Part shown: in pieces, positions 1-11,353 of the stretch
Layout of the letters: each line of letters begins with the position of its first letter
Numbering within the stretch: position 1 is the first letter of the stretch
NCBI RefSeq assembly: GCF_006345805.1
Contig: NW_021834366.1
Coordinates: forward strand, 1-49,415
Reading direction: 5' to 3'
DNA from: Octopus sinensis
Lineage: Eukaryota
Length of the DNA: 49,415 nt
Made by a program: the position numbers and the translations under genes
Notes under the pieces: model-generated
The model's database searches: none
What the model was told of the DNA's origin: nothing
The model's input: only the letters and a program-made list of their open reading frames with translations

Positions 1-40
1 ATAATCAAGAAAATAGAATATCATGGAAACTGATGAAAAT

Positions 41-480
41 TTACAAAGTAGTCGTGTGAGAAATTCTTTTGGAGTCTGGATATTGTAATTCCTGTTTTTT
101 ACGCTTCTTTGATTTGACAGACTTATCAACACCGTTGGGCAAAGTTACAGAACAGTTGACTCGTATATTTGAATCAATTTTGAGTGCTAAATATTGGCAA
201 TTAAGAAATACTTTGATGGGTATCATTTACAGGATTGTATTTCAACGCTATCACGTCATCCATAGGCAGGTCCACGTAGCATTCAAATTCTTTTGACTGA
301 ATTGGGATTGAAAGCTTTCCGTTTTCTAATTTCAGACTATTCGATAGTAATGTCGGATCGAACTAATAAAAATATAACTCAATCAGACACATTGTATGGC
401 GTTTCGATAAGAATTGTTCTTGGAAGTTCATTGTTGTTGGCGGTCTTTGACTTTTTTGATAATTTTTTATTTTTACCCAT
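41..480 (-). CDS. Small Lys-rich spliced protein, unidentified (weak resemblance to RNA Pol I subunit RPA34/PAF49)
   Basis: ATG at 480; removing GT-AG introns 390-363 (28 nt) and 211-187 (25 nt) gives an open frame MGKNKKLSKKSK...TILIETPYNFDPTLL...KSKKRKKQE to TAA at 43-41. The RPA34 resemblance is only the LIETPYNFDP motif from memory; 3' end uncertain. Confidence 0.5.
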
Positions 481-585
481 GTGAAAGACCAGCACAACAA
501 AAGAAAATTTTTAAATACATTTTTTATTTATTTAAAATCATTATTGTTAAAAAATATAATTTTATAGTTGTTTTAAATTTTACAC

Positions 586-1914
586 ATGCTTTTAAGTGGA
601 TACAGACCGATTGAAAGTGGTCTAAAGTTTTTCAAAAACTTTCATTACACAAAATTTCCACGAAAAATTGACCCAAAAATAGTCGTTCAGAGTGTCGGAA
701 AGAATAAAAAACGTCTTACAGGAATATATATTTGGGGAAGCAACCTCGATGCAGCATTAGGCCAAATCAACTACCTTATTCCACCACCTCGTAAAACATA
801 AAAACCTAATTTTTTAGATAAAAAAAGAATTTTAGTCAAGTCTATCCCAGCTCCATTAAAATTTGTTTTCGATAAGGAAACCCAGCCACAACACATTGCT
901 TTGGGATATGGTTTTACTTTAGTTTGTGCGAACAAATCAAAGAAGCAATATCTCAAAGGATTTGGAATCAATTCGAGTTCACAAGTTGGTCCTCAAACAA
1001 GCAAATCTGACATCGATTTCCTTATTAAACCTACAAATATCCACCTTCCAGAATCGTTGCCAATAATCGGATTAGCTGCAGGAAAAGCTCACTCGATCGT
1101 TGCCTGCAAAGACCGACTTTTCACATTTGGAAACAACTGCTATGGACAATGCGGTCGTGCAGTCATTGAAGGAGAAATATACAAACATAGTAATGTAGTT
1201 CATTCTGTCCCCGTGGAAAGTGGTGTGAGGGGAGTGACCTGTGGGTGTGATCACTCTGTACTTGTTACTGAGAAGGGAGACTTGTTTTCGTGTGGTTGGG
1301 GGGCAGATGGACAGACCGGACATGGCCATTATGAAAACACTCATGTGTTTAGTCCAGTCCTGGGAGATACGGAAGGAGTGGATATTATCAAAGTAGTTTC
1401 CGCAGGGGATACTAATTTGGCTTTGTCGAGGGACGGAGAAATCTTTGGATGGGGAAATTCAGAATATGACCAACTGAGAATACCCTCAATGGAACCACAA
1501 ATCAACGTTTCTAGACATATTCCACTAAAAATTGGAAAAGTAGTGGATATAGCATGTAATTGCACTGCCTGTATTGCTCTGAATAAGTCAGGAGAGGTCT
1601 TTGTTTGGGGGTATGGAATTCTTGGGCTTGGCGGAATGGTTTCATCTGTAAAAGAGCCAACTGAATTGCCCAGAACTTTATTTGGAAAACCCAGTAGTAA
1701 TGTTACTGCTGTGTTTGGAGGAAGTTCAGCCTTTGCGGTTGTCAATAATTTGGGAAATGCTTACATTTGGGGGAAGAACAAAAATGGATCTCTTGGTCTG
1801 GGGAATTCGAAAGAAAATCAGTATTTCCCTTTCCGCCTTCCGATTTCAGGGAAGGTTTTAAATGTTGTATTTGGATTCGAACATACTTCTGCTATAGTTA
1901 AACAAAATATTTAA
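586..1914 (+). CDS. RCC1L: RCC1-like mitochondrial protein (RCC1L/WBSCR16)
   Basis: ATG 586; one 27-nt intron (791-817) joins ORF 586 to ORF 901 in frame. RCC1 repeats (FTFGNNCYGQCGR, FSCGWGADGQTGHG, FGWGNSEYDQL, WGKNKNGSLGLG) and a basic presequence-like N-terminus. Confidence 0.85.
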
Positions 1915-2478
1915 TTATCTTTGTCTAGTTATTTTCCTCAACCTCCCCAATATGTAGGATTTCGGCAGACACTAGATAACGTGGAGTTAATAATGGTCGT
2001 TGTTTCTGGGGAAGAGGTAACAGCTGAGATGATCTAAGCTCGAAAAGAGTTCTTTTAAGGTCGTTGAAAGTTGTTTGTTGGAGATTTGACTCAGAACTCT
2101 CTGTTTAGAAAGGATTTTGACTGTTAGAGAGAAAGATAAGAATTGATGAGCTCGTTGGCTTTCAAAGATGCGATGATTTCAGAAGCGTTTGGGCATTGTT
2201 AGATTTTTGTTCGTTCTTTAAATTTTTTACAACTTTTAAATCGAATGGCCAAGAATTAATGATTAAGATTTGTGATGATTAAGATTTGTGAACGGGTGTA
2301 GTCATTGATTTTATAAAATGATTATCAAATAGGAGGATTGCGACAGTCAGTTATTTTCGTACATTTATGGTGTGCTTTATTTGTAAGATGCTTTGACTGT
2401 TAATAATTTGAATTAATGATGGATATAAATGTGATTAAAAAAAGCTAAGATAGTTAGATAATTTTTATTTATTCATAA

Positions 2479-3294
2479 ATGGATGATGTGAGTCAACGAA
2501 TGAAGGTACAACGTTGATTACGTCTTTATATTTTGTTTTAATTTATTACTTTAGAATATCACAATTGTTAAAGGCATCGTTTATGGAAACACATCGAAAT
2601 ATTTCGGATATAAACGCGAGTCAGATAACCACACCCATGATTGGTGTGTTTATCTAAGGCCATACAACAACGAGGTCTTTACTGGTCACCTTTAAATTTA
2701 GGACTTTTCAACTTTTGTCTCAAAAGTTCAATTCAAACTCCACGAAAGCTACACAAATTCAATAAGAAGTATTAAATACCGTTATTTACACGTACAGCGT
2801 TTACTAAGCCTCCTTATGAAATTAACGAAACAGGCTGGGGAGAATTTGATGTTATAATTAAAATTTTTTTCCGTGAAGTTCCTGAAAAATCAGTTCCTTA
2901 AAACTAGTCTATTTTAGGTCACCGTTGTACACGGTTTGAAATTATTCCAATTGCCAGACGACGTGCCATCCAGCAATGAAATTGTTTCTGAACGTTACGA
3001 TGAGATTGTGGAAATTTTTAAATTATTTTTAGGTTTTTGTGGAACCCACGTTGGCTATGCATCGATTACTTACAAATTGTAACAAGTTGAGAAATGTAGG
3101 ATATAAACATCACTTTGACTGTAGATTGTTTAAGTATGATTTTTATAGACGAGGAACGGAAACGTCGTGATTTGGAGTCCATTCGATCAGCCAATATTAC
3201 CGTCATGGGCGAAATGAAGAATTTGACTGAAAAGATCAAACTAACTAAGGAGGCCATCGAAAGTCTTAGATCTGAAATAGCTAAAGATCATTGA
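2479..3294 (+). CDS. YEATS4: YEATS domain protein 4 (GAS41/Yaf9)
   Basis: Seven exons with introns of 48, 27, 29, 25, 25 and 28 nt give KGIVYGNTS...[14 protein letters not shown]...KLHESY...[14 protein letters not shown]...[10 protein letters not shown] plus a C-terminal coiled coil. Only a few peptides, none diagnostic, are in the ORF track. Confidence 0.95.
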
Positions 3295-3825
3295 TATTCA
3301 GAATTGGCTGCTTTTTTAATTTGATTTATTTGTCTTTCATTTTTATAAATTATTCGTTTTCAATACCGAATTGACTGCGGTTAGAAAAAAACAAAAACAG
3401 CTTTTTTTGCGAATTTCTAAAGAAAACGTGGATTTAGATCCCTAACTAATTAGTAAAACAACCGTAACATATCATTTATTTTTTGTTTATTTTAAAAACA
3501 AATAAAAGATTTGTTGACTGTGTCAAATTTAAACTTTTTATACATGATTCTTTTTGAAAATAAAAACATTAATTAGGTTCTTCAGTTTTTGTTATCTTTT
3601 CTGATAACTTCACGCAATTTATGTTGATTTCACTCAAACTTTCAAAAAGAGTAGAACGACAAAGAAATTCCTTTGTTTAAAACAGATTGTTTGTTTTAAA
3701 TAATTAAAAAGTGTTAGATTGTTAACGAAAATCCTACGATTTTCAAATCGGGGGGCAATTTTTTATATTGTCGGTAAATTTTGGCAATAATATTTTGTTA
3801 CATTTAATCAACTTCCCCATCTATA

Positions 3826-3937
3826 CAATTTTCATGTCAATTTGTCAATTATGAACTTAAATGTCATCTTTAAAACTCAAATTTAAAATTACAAACTTCC
3901 AATTGTAATTGAAAATTTCAAATTTACAATAGAAACA
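3826..3937. mobile_element. End fragment of a Tc1/mariner-like MITE (same family as 36553-40571)
   Basis: TA followed by CAATTTTCATGTCAATTTGTCAATTATGAAC closely matches TA|CCATTTTCAAGTCAATTTGTCAATTATGAAC at 36551 and shares the downstream AAACTCAAATTT/TTACAAACTTC motifs. The other end was not found. Confidence 0.5.
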
Positions 3938-3950
3938 ACATCGGAGGGTT

Positions 3951-4212
3951 TATTTATTTATTTAAAGACCAAACACGGGTAAGCCAGTTAATTATTATAA
4001 TCCCCGTGATCCCCGATTCAAGCGAGGGAGATCCTACTGAAAGGTTCGATCCTGCCACATGAACGGCCTGAGACGACGATGTCCCAGGGTCAGAGTTCTA
4101 GAAGTCCTTTTTTCGGTAGGCATTAAGTGCCTCCTGGGCGTTGCCATATCCGATTGGAAGTTCCAACTGACATGGTGGACCCCATAACGCCACGCTAAGA
4201 CCGGAAAGAAGG
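3951..4212 (-). mobile_element. 5'-truncated non-LTR retrotransposon (or SINE) 3' end with TSD
   Basis: GC-richer 262-bp insert ending in a (TAAA)n tail on the minus strand, flanked by a perfect 13-bp direct repeat ACATCGGAGGGTT (3938-3950 and 4213-4225). Confidence 0.75.
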
Positions 4213-4500
4213 ACATCGGAGGGTTGGGCAATCGAGAAGAACATTCTCGATCTTTTTTAATTTTTACAATTAAGGTTTTTACGGACGCAATTGAATTTTC
4301 AGCATCGTAATATGTTTTGGATAAAAAAGTTTGATGAAGACTATTTTTTCTAGCAAGTCCCTATAATGAGATATTTTAATATCTTATTCTTTTAGAAGAG
4401 TTTTTTCGGCACAAAATATGTCACTTGATATTGCTGATCAATTCATCGATTAACACTTAGACATGATAAAATGTTTTTTTATTGCTTAATCTAATAAAAG

Positions 4501-4971
4501 ATGATTTTTATTCTATTACTGCAACAAAGTATGTTTTTAAGCAAAATTGATGTATCTCAGTAGTTGGAGGAATTAAATGTTTTCGATGTGATTCACAAAC
4601 ATATGATCGTTGCATTGTACACGGAATTAACTTATTAACATGCCAAAGTTCAATTTGCAAATTTTTGGGGACAAAGGGATGCAATGACTCACGCATGTAT
4701 CATTATTGTATAACGGGAACAATTTACTATTTAAATGGTACAAAGTTCAGAAACATTTTTAGGTACACTGCATGCCGTCGTGCGCGATTGTAGTCCATTT
4801 TATTACGAAAATTATTGTGAATATGTTTATGATCAACAGTTAAAATCAATTTTCAAGCGTTGTTTTAAATCATGCAGTACCAATGGATGCAATAATAGTG
4901 AAAAAAGAAGTGGCCATTTAATCATTATGTTTAACATATTTATGTGGTTTTTTGTTTTTTTTAATAAATAA
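4501..4971 (+). CDS. Ly6/uPAR (three-finger, quiver/sleepless-like) predicted GPI-anchored protein
   Basis: Introns 4529-4560, 4617-4648 and 4738-4762 give MIFILLLQQIVGGIKCFRCDSQTYDRC...GCNDSRMYHYCITG...VVRDC...NYC...RCFKSCSTNGCNN followed by a hydrophobic tail: signal-like N-terminus, 10 Cys, terminal CxxxxCN motif. Confidence 0.8.
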
Positions 4972-5255
4972 TTTTTTCAAATTAATATATTTATAGAGGA
5001 TCAACAAGCTTCTAAATCTGCAAAGTGACTTAAAAGATACCTTATGCTATATATAGCAAAAAATTAAATGAAAATATTTGTTACAATACTTAATAAATAC
5101 ATTGACGCAGATGATGTATGTTTTTTATTTCAGTGAAATAAATTTTAAACAAAATATTTAATCTTTAGACTTACAAACTATTAAAATTGAATTAAAAATA
5201 ACTTGGCATTTTGTATTTAAGAGTATAAGAACTAAAAATTCACCAAAAAATTAAA

Positions 5256-5987
5256 TTAAACAATTCGTCCAAGATATACAGTAAAAGGAAAACTATACGA
5301 TAGTTCTGGCCACTGAACGACGAAAGAGTCTACCAGAAAATACAAAATCTTTCCAGATAACGACAAAGTCCGTGTTCGGCAAACACTCTCGGTGTAGACC
5401 ATAACAGTTGAACGTCCCATAAAAACCTTAAAAGCCATAAATAACCCAAACCAACCCTGTAGAATATAACAGCCAAGCAAAGAGGAACACATGTACCAGG
5501 TCCGTTACATAACAACTAATTACGTTACTAGTCGAAAGTCAAACAAGATTTGGCCTTGTATTCCAAATAATGACAAGAGAAGTCAAAAGTGAGACAAGTG
5601 TAGAAGGGATAGAGGATAAAAGTGATTGGCCGACATGTCGACATCTTCTTATTTTAAAAACCGTCTTTAAGTATTGTAGTAATAATATACACAAGTGTTG
5701 TCTAATTTATTTTGAGACGTAGTATCGGTGTCAGCTATTATATATTCCAGTGAATAGCGCGACAAATCAAAAGCTCCTAAAAGTCTCAACATTTCTGCGG
5801 TGTGTCCCCCTAAACAATTAATTCTCACTGATCTACCTGATCCAAGCACTACCAATGTTTTGCATTTTTTTCCTTTTGGTAATAACATTGCCGATTGACT
5901 TCGTCGTGTCATAAAAATGTCAAATATTACATATATAATTCGAATTGTGATAAAAATTAATCCATACAAAACTACACTGGTCCACAT
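5256..5987 (-). CDS. ALG14: UDP-GlcNAc transferase subunit ALG14, copy 1 (intact)
   Basis: N-terminal TM, LVVLGS/GGHTAEM, IIADTD, CNGPGTCVP, YTESVCRTRTLSLSGKIL, VQWPEL; four introns of 26-29 nt give an uninterrupted frame. Confidence 0.95.
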
Positions 5988-6458
5988 AATTGGAAAATTA
6001 ATTAAATAAAAAATTATAGGATTCTAAATATTTATTATTGCACACGAAATAATAATTTAACAGATTTTATTATTGGGGTTTTCTTGTTTTTTTTGAAAAG
6101 AGTTGACTTATTGTACTTTTATGTTGATACTCAGTATATGATTAGAAAAACTCAGATATCTTTTATAAAACTTTTATGAAGTAGTGACTTCCAAAATCTC
6201 GTGATGAGAATATTTTTATTTTTTAATACTTTAATTTAAGATTTTGACAAAGGGGAATTACATTTTGTTAATAAATTTGTCCTGCAACGAGTTTCTTTAT
6301 TTATACTATGCAAAATAAATTCACCTTGTTTTTGCAAATTTATTTAGAAATGTATCCGTACTTGTGATTGCGACCACTTTTTTAGTTTTTAAATATTGAC
6401 GCAAATTAAACTTTTTAATCACATTTTCTAGCATTAAACTTTTTAATCACATTTTCTA

Positions 6459-7280
6459 CCATTGGCCGGGTGGTGCAGTGCTTGAAGAATTTGAAGATTC
6501 TACTCTCCTATAATGAACTCTCATTGGACTTGCCGGCTGACGTTTTATCGAACTTCTGGACCGATGCTAACCTACCCCTTCCGTCCGACATGTCCGGCTC
6601 GGCCGCAAACCCTCATAGCGGCGCATGGCTCGGCGCCTACCCATCTACATCAACCGGAACTTTTTTAGATGACGACTGCTTGAGGATCGGGATTTTCCTT
6701 CGGTTCGGTCTCGACATGTGCAGCATCCACCAGTGCCGATGTGGCGCCAAAGTCGACGCTAAAGGGCTCCACCCTCTTTCGTGTCACAGGAGCGCCGCCC
6801 GAAGTCCCCGCCATGTCTCGCTAAATGACGTCGTGCTTAAAGCCCTCAAGGCTGCAGGCTTTCCGTCAACGCTCGAGCCTGTCGGATTGGACCGTGGAGA
6901 CGGCAAACGCCCGGACGGAATGACAATCTTTCTCTTTCGGGACGGCAAGTGCCTCATCTGGGATGCTACGTGCATCGATTCATTCTCTCCATCGGCAATC
7001 ATGTCATCTGCCACATCCCCCGGGTCCGCCGCGGAAAAGGCTGAGACGGCCAAAAAAAAAATACCAAGAACTCGGACGCCGCTTTATTTTCGCACCAATC
7101 GCATTGGAGACATCGGGCGTCGCCGGGCCTTTAACCTCGGCCTTTATCAGCGACATCGGAAGGAAATTGGCCCATAGGACAAAAGAGCCACGCGAGGTTT
7201 CGTGGCTATTGCAGAGAATATCCATCGCCATTCTCCGTGGCAACACGTATGCGGTACTTACCGTAAAAATTAAAGTTTTA
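6459..7280 (+). mobile_element. 5'-truncated RLE-type non-LTR retrotransposon fragment, CRE-like (zinc knuckle plus restriction-like endonuclease)
   Basis: GC-rich island with HSGAWL, CRCG..GLHPLSC..RH, EP..L.RGDGKRPDG, LIWDAT, AE.AK..KY, LQRISIAILRGN; no RT; frameshift in the A-run near 7032-7040. Confidence 0.8.
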
Positions 7281-7743
7281 ACGTAAAGGAATATTTTTCA
7301 ATGATAATCCGTATACTGGAAATCCGTATACTGAAATAATTCGTAGTTTCGTATACTGAAAATCAGAAAGTAGGCAATAGTTAGAATAAGGAGTTATTTG
7401 TCCAGAGTTATTAAATTTCATGTCTTTCCTTAATTGTGGTATTTTACTATCTCTAAGTTGAAATATTTTGTTTCTATGGGTGTGTAAAACCACAGAGAAC
7501 ATAGTTGAAATGCGTTTTCAACATGATTTACAAAAGAGAAAAGTCACTAGTATAGCAAAAAAAATTAGATGGAAAATGTAAACATTCAAATGTATTCGGT
7601 TAGAACTATACAAACTTTAATTAAATATTTTCAGTTTAATTAATATTTTAATTTCTCAAAACATAAATTATCGAAAACACTTTTGTTGCGTTGGTCGCAT
7701 TTCAGCTCATATAATTTCGATTTAAAAACATTGGAATTTCTCT

Positions 7744-8357
7744 ATGCTTTCAAGAACAGTGTTTCTTAAACAATATAAATTGTTCATTTTACAACAATAA
7801 TTAACAGGCTTACGACGACACCTACAATTAATCCCATGCGCTTATTTTCCAAGCAACTTACACAAGAAATGCAAAATTTCTGGTCACAAAATGAACAATT
7901 AAAGCGACCAATGTCTCCACATCTTTCTGCATATGGGTTTAAACTCAATATCTAAGAAATAGTGTCCATATTACAGCTCTTACTTCAATAACTCACAGAT
8001 TGACCGGTCTAGCCATGTATGGAGGTTTATAATTGACTTCTATTTTAAGGAATTGTGGCATTTGCTGTCGGTTATGTTTACTTTTTCCCCGATTTTGAAT
8101 CACTTGTGGAACTTGTTGATTCCCTGCAGATCCGAGATCATTGGATTGGCCCTCCTACTCTCTTTCTGTCAAAGACATTGATTAGCTTTTCTGTTGTTTA
8201 TCACTTTTTCAACGGAATAAGACACCTTGGATGGGATTTTGGCTTCGGATTTTCGAATAAAGTTATGTTCAGTGGTGGGGTCATCTGTATTGCTCTATCA
8301 TTGCTGTGTTCCGTACTTCTGGGACTTGTTACTGTGGAAAGACCAGTTTTTAAATAA
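7744..8357 (+). CDS. SDHC: Succinate dehydrogenase cytochrome b560 subunit, copy 1
   Basis: Introns of 26, 26 and 25 nt give NEQLKRPMSPHLSAY, SITHRLTG, YHFFNGIRHLGWD and three TM segments. Confidence 0.92.
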
Positions 8358-8543
8358 TTTAGAGGGAGTTTGATTTACTAACTTCATAATTAAATTTTTG
8401 GTCTTTTAATAACGCCACTAATAATGAATTTTAAGAAAAAAAGGGAGAGAACTCATTTCTATGACTGAGTAGTTTAAAATTTGTTTTTTCTGTAAACCTG
8501 GTGATAGATTTTAACGATGAGAATAAAATTTTTAAGGTAAAAT

Positions 8544-8583
8544 GTAACCGATTGCCCATGCGTATTCAGCCGCCCATGTCACA
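8544..8583. mobile_element. Solo terminal remnant of a Ginger2-like element
   Basis: GTAACCGATTGCCCATGCGTATTCAGCCGCCCATGTCACA matches the right TIR of the 20981-22828 element with 3 mismatches; followed by TAATA and the Tc1. Confidence 0.75.
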
Positions 8584-8588
8584 TAATA

Positions 8589-9952
8589 CAGTCCCGTCCA
8601 AATGTTAGAGGCACCCTATTTTTTCCCTAAAAAGGCACTTATTTGTCATTTTTTTTGTTAATAACAAACTGTTGAATAAAAAATCTTAACCTAAAATTTT
8701 TGAGCACATTTAGTTTATAATGTGTATTTACTAAGAAACTCAAAATAATACATCGTTCATATGTTAGAAGCACATTTCAATAACGAAAGACAAAATTATC
8801 CAAAAATTTAATATTTAGTCATTCATCCATTATTTATGACTACCGAAGATATTCTTCTTGGAATTGACTCAAAAAGCTTAATAACCACACCTGTATCAAT
8901 GTTTTCCCAGGCCTTCTTTGTTTCATTCCATAATTCTTGAATCGTTGATGCTCCACATTTTTTAACTTCTTTTTTTAAAATTGCCCATAGATTTTCAATT
9001 ATATTTAAGTCAGGAGATTGACTTGGCCATTTTTCCATGAGTTTTATGTTGTTTTCGGGCATAAACGCTCTAGTGGATTTTGATGTATGACATGTTGCTC
9101 CATCTTGTTGAAGAAAATAATTTTCTTCATAAAAATTTTCAAATCCTTCTTTTATAACGCGTTGATATTCGGCGAAGTCGACTGTTTTTCGGCAAAGGAC
9201 AATTGATCTTTGCCCATTGCTTTTATTGCTCCCCATATCGTAATTGATAAAGGGAATTTCACAGTTTCAATTGAATATTCTTTCTGTAATTTTGATCCAG
9301 GGGGTCTTCTTATGTATTGCCTAGACATCTGATTTAACTGAATCCGGCATTCATCAGAAAATATCACTAAATTCCAGTCGTCTTGATTCCACGGAATGTT
9401 AGTAAGACACCATGTATATCTTTTATCAACCTGAGATGCAGTCAATTTTGGTTTTTTCACTGCAATGCGTCCGAATAAATTGTTGCGTCTCAAAATTCGT
9501 TTAATTGTCGAAAGACTCACTTTTCCGGAAAAGTTACAGCATATAAGAAGATCGTTGGCGGTCATTTTTGGGTGTAATTTTGACATTCTGATAAGATAGC
9601 GTTCATCATTTTTGGTTAATTTTTTGTTCCTTCCCTTTTTTGGCATATCGTTATATAAATATCCGTGTAAAAATCGCTTTTTAATTTTTTGAATGGCACA
9701 ACGAGAGATTCCCAAATCTTTGGATATTTTCACCTGAGATTCGCCACATTTTAATTTTTCGATGACGAGAAACCTGTTATAAGCTGATACACGAGGCATT
9801 TGAATTTTTTATTAGAATTAATAATAATAAATTATAGAATTATTGCTTTTTACATAAGTGCCTCTAACATATGAGCGACCAATTATTTTTTGTTTTCAAG
9901 TTTGAGAATACTATCGGTCGAATATTTATAATAACTTTGGAAATGTTTAATT
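8589..9952 (-). mobile_element. Tc1-like transposon, copy 1; transposase frameshifted and the high-coordinate TIR missing
   Basis: TA|CAGTCCCG end; transposase 9799-8823 with VIFSDE, QQDGATCH, WPSQSPDLNIIENLW; 1-nt deletion near 9222; homology to the complete copy stops near 9952. Confidence 0.92.
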
Positions 9953-10049
9953 CCTGAGTTTAAAATTTAAAATAAGTTGATCTTAATATTGATCTAACAT
10001 CCTACCATAGTATGGTCAGAGATTGCTTTACTTAACAAATTTTAGTTTT

Positions 10050-11270
10050 AATTAATTATTAATCTCTTGTTCGTCAATCAAGTAATTGATCCACAACGTC
10101 CGTTCAGGTTCATACGATTGCTATAAAAATATTTTTGTGAATAAAAACAGTTATTATTTTTCCTTTTGAAACAACTTCGTCCCAGTCAAGTGTTAAAGAC
10201 TTTATTCCCTCACTAAAATAAGATAGAAATAAATTACATAGTTTCAAAATCGAGGGATGCTTCTGATTCACCAGAACTTTTATTCACACTCGAGTAAGTT
10301 TCAGTTGAGGAGTGAATGTCTTTGAGGTGATTTTCCTCTAGTTTTGGAGATATAATTTCTGGCAAGGCAGCATTAAAAATCTATAAATAACATTATTTAT
10401 CATTAAGTACATCTTTCATTACAAGATAGTGAACATCTGTGTTTATATCGGAAACATATTGTTTGGAAAGTCTGTCAAAGCTTCTGAATATTAGAAATAC
10501 TTTAAAAATTTTTCTTCATATTTTTCTACTTTATTTTTGATCATCAATTTGATTTTGTTTCGTATTTGATATCCTTGAATATTTTTACCGGGCTAAGGTT
10601 AATCAAACAAATACTCTGTGCGTCTCTTCATCACACGAACTTTCAAAATCTAACGACAAACAAGATAATTCAGACATTATAACCTAAAAACCTTTAAATC
10701 ATTAAAAAAACTTGTGGACATTTTTGATTTAAAAGAGAAATTTTGCTATTAATAAATTCAGTAAGATGGTCAGTGCTTACAGAAATATGGGTTTCTTTTT
10801 TTAATTTTTATAATATAGTTACTTGTTTTTTTTCTTTGGTTAATAGGAATGGTATCAATATCTAATGGAGATATTTAAAATTAATAAACCAGCCACGGGT
10901 GTTTCTATTTTCTGTGTAGTTTTTTTACTCTTTTGAATAAATAGCTCGTGTAACTCGTCACGACTTATAACTCTTCCAGATTTTTTTATTTTGTATTCAA
11001 GTTCTGCTAACTATAAATGTTTTTAATACAAGAATATACCAATTGGTATTTTGATTTTGGAAATGTTAAATTGTGATGTTTCAATTCAGTACGTTCTTTG
11101 GTTTTTATCTTGAAAACGTTTTCATTCAGATTAAACTTTTTTACAATCTTTTTATGTTTGGAATTTCTTTCAAAACTTTTTTGTTTAAGTAATTTTTTGT
11201 ATTGATTTGCATAATAATTTCTGATTTGTTGCAAATCATCAAAAGCATCTACAATTCTCTAATATAATGT
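10050..11270 (-). CDS. Unidentified Lys-rich multi-exon protein
   Basis: A chain of open exons joined by ~25-30-nt GT-AG introns (e.g. KSKYQL/LAELEYKIKK, IETPVA/DIDTIP, IFNAALPEIISPKLEE); start codon and some junctions unresolved. Confidence 0.5.
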
Positions 11271-11353
11271 TTAGCATGTCACCATTTGTTCTCAACAGTT
11301 TTTATTGTAGTTATGGTTATAATAGTTTATGTTTATTAAAAGAAGATAATAAC

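Larger units (their letters stand above)
5083..9952 (+). repeat. Segmental duplication, copy 1 (ALG14 - CRE fragment - SDHC - Ginger end - Tc1)
   Basis: Colinear, near-identical direct copy at 26151-31035; differs by scattered substitutions and small indels. Confidence 0.95.

Noticed and set aside
1072-1745. Minus-strand ORFs 1072-1344 and 1341-1745
   Set aside because: Antisense shadows of RCC1L. The same applies to most other short track ORFs overlapping genes or TEs, e.g. 3066-3257, 6784-7246 and 37604-38209.
1930-2305. Coding-like minus-strand stretch (ESSESNLQQTTFNDLKRTLFELRS...EENN*)
   Set aside because: No consistent ATG and splice path could be built, and there is no recognisable motif.
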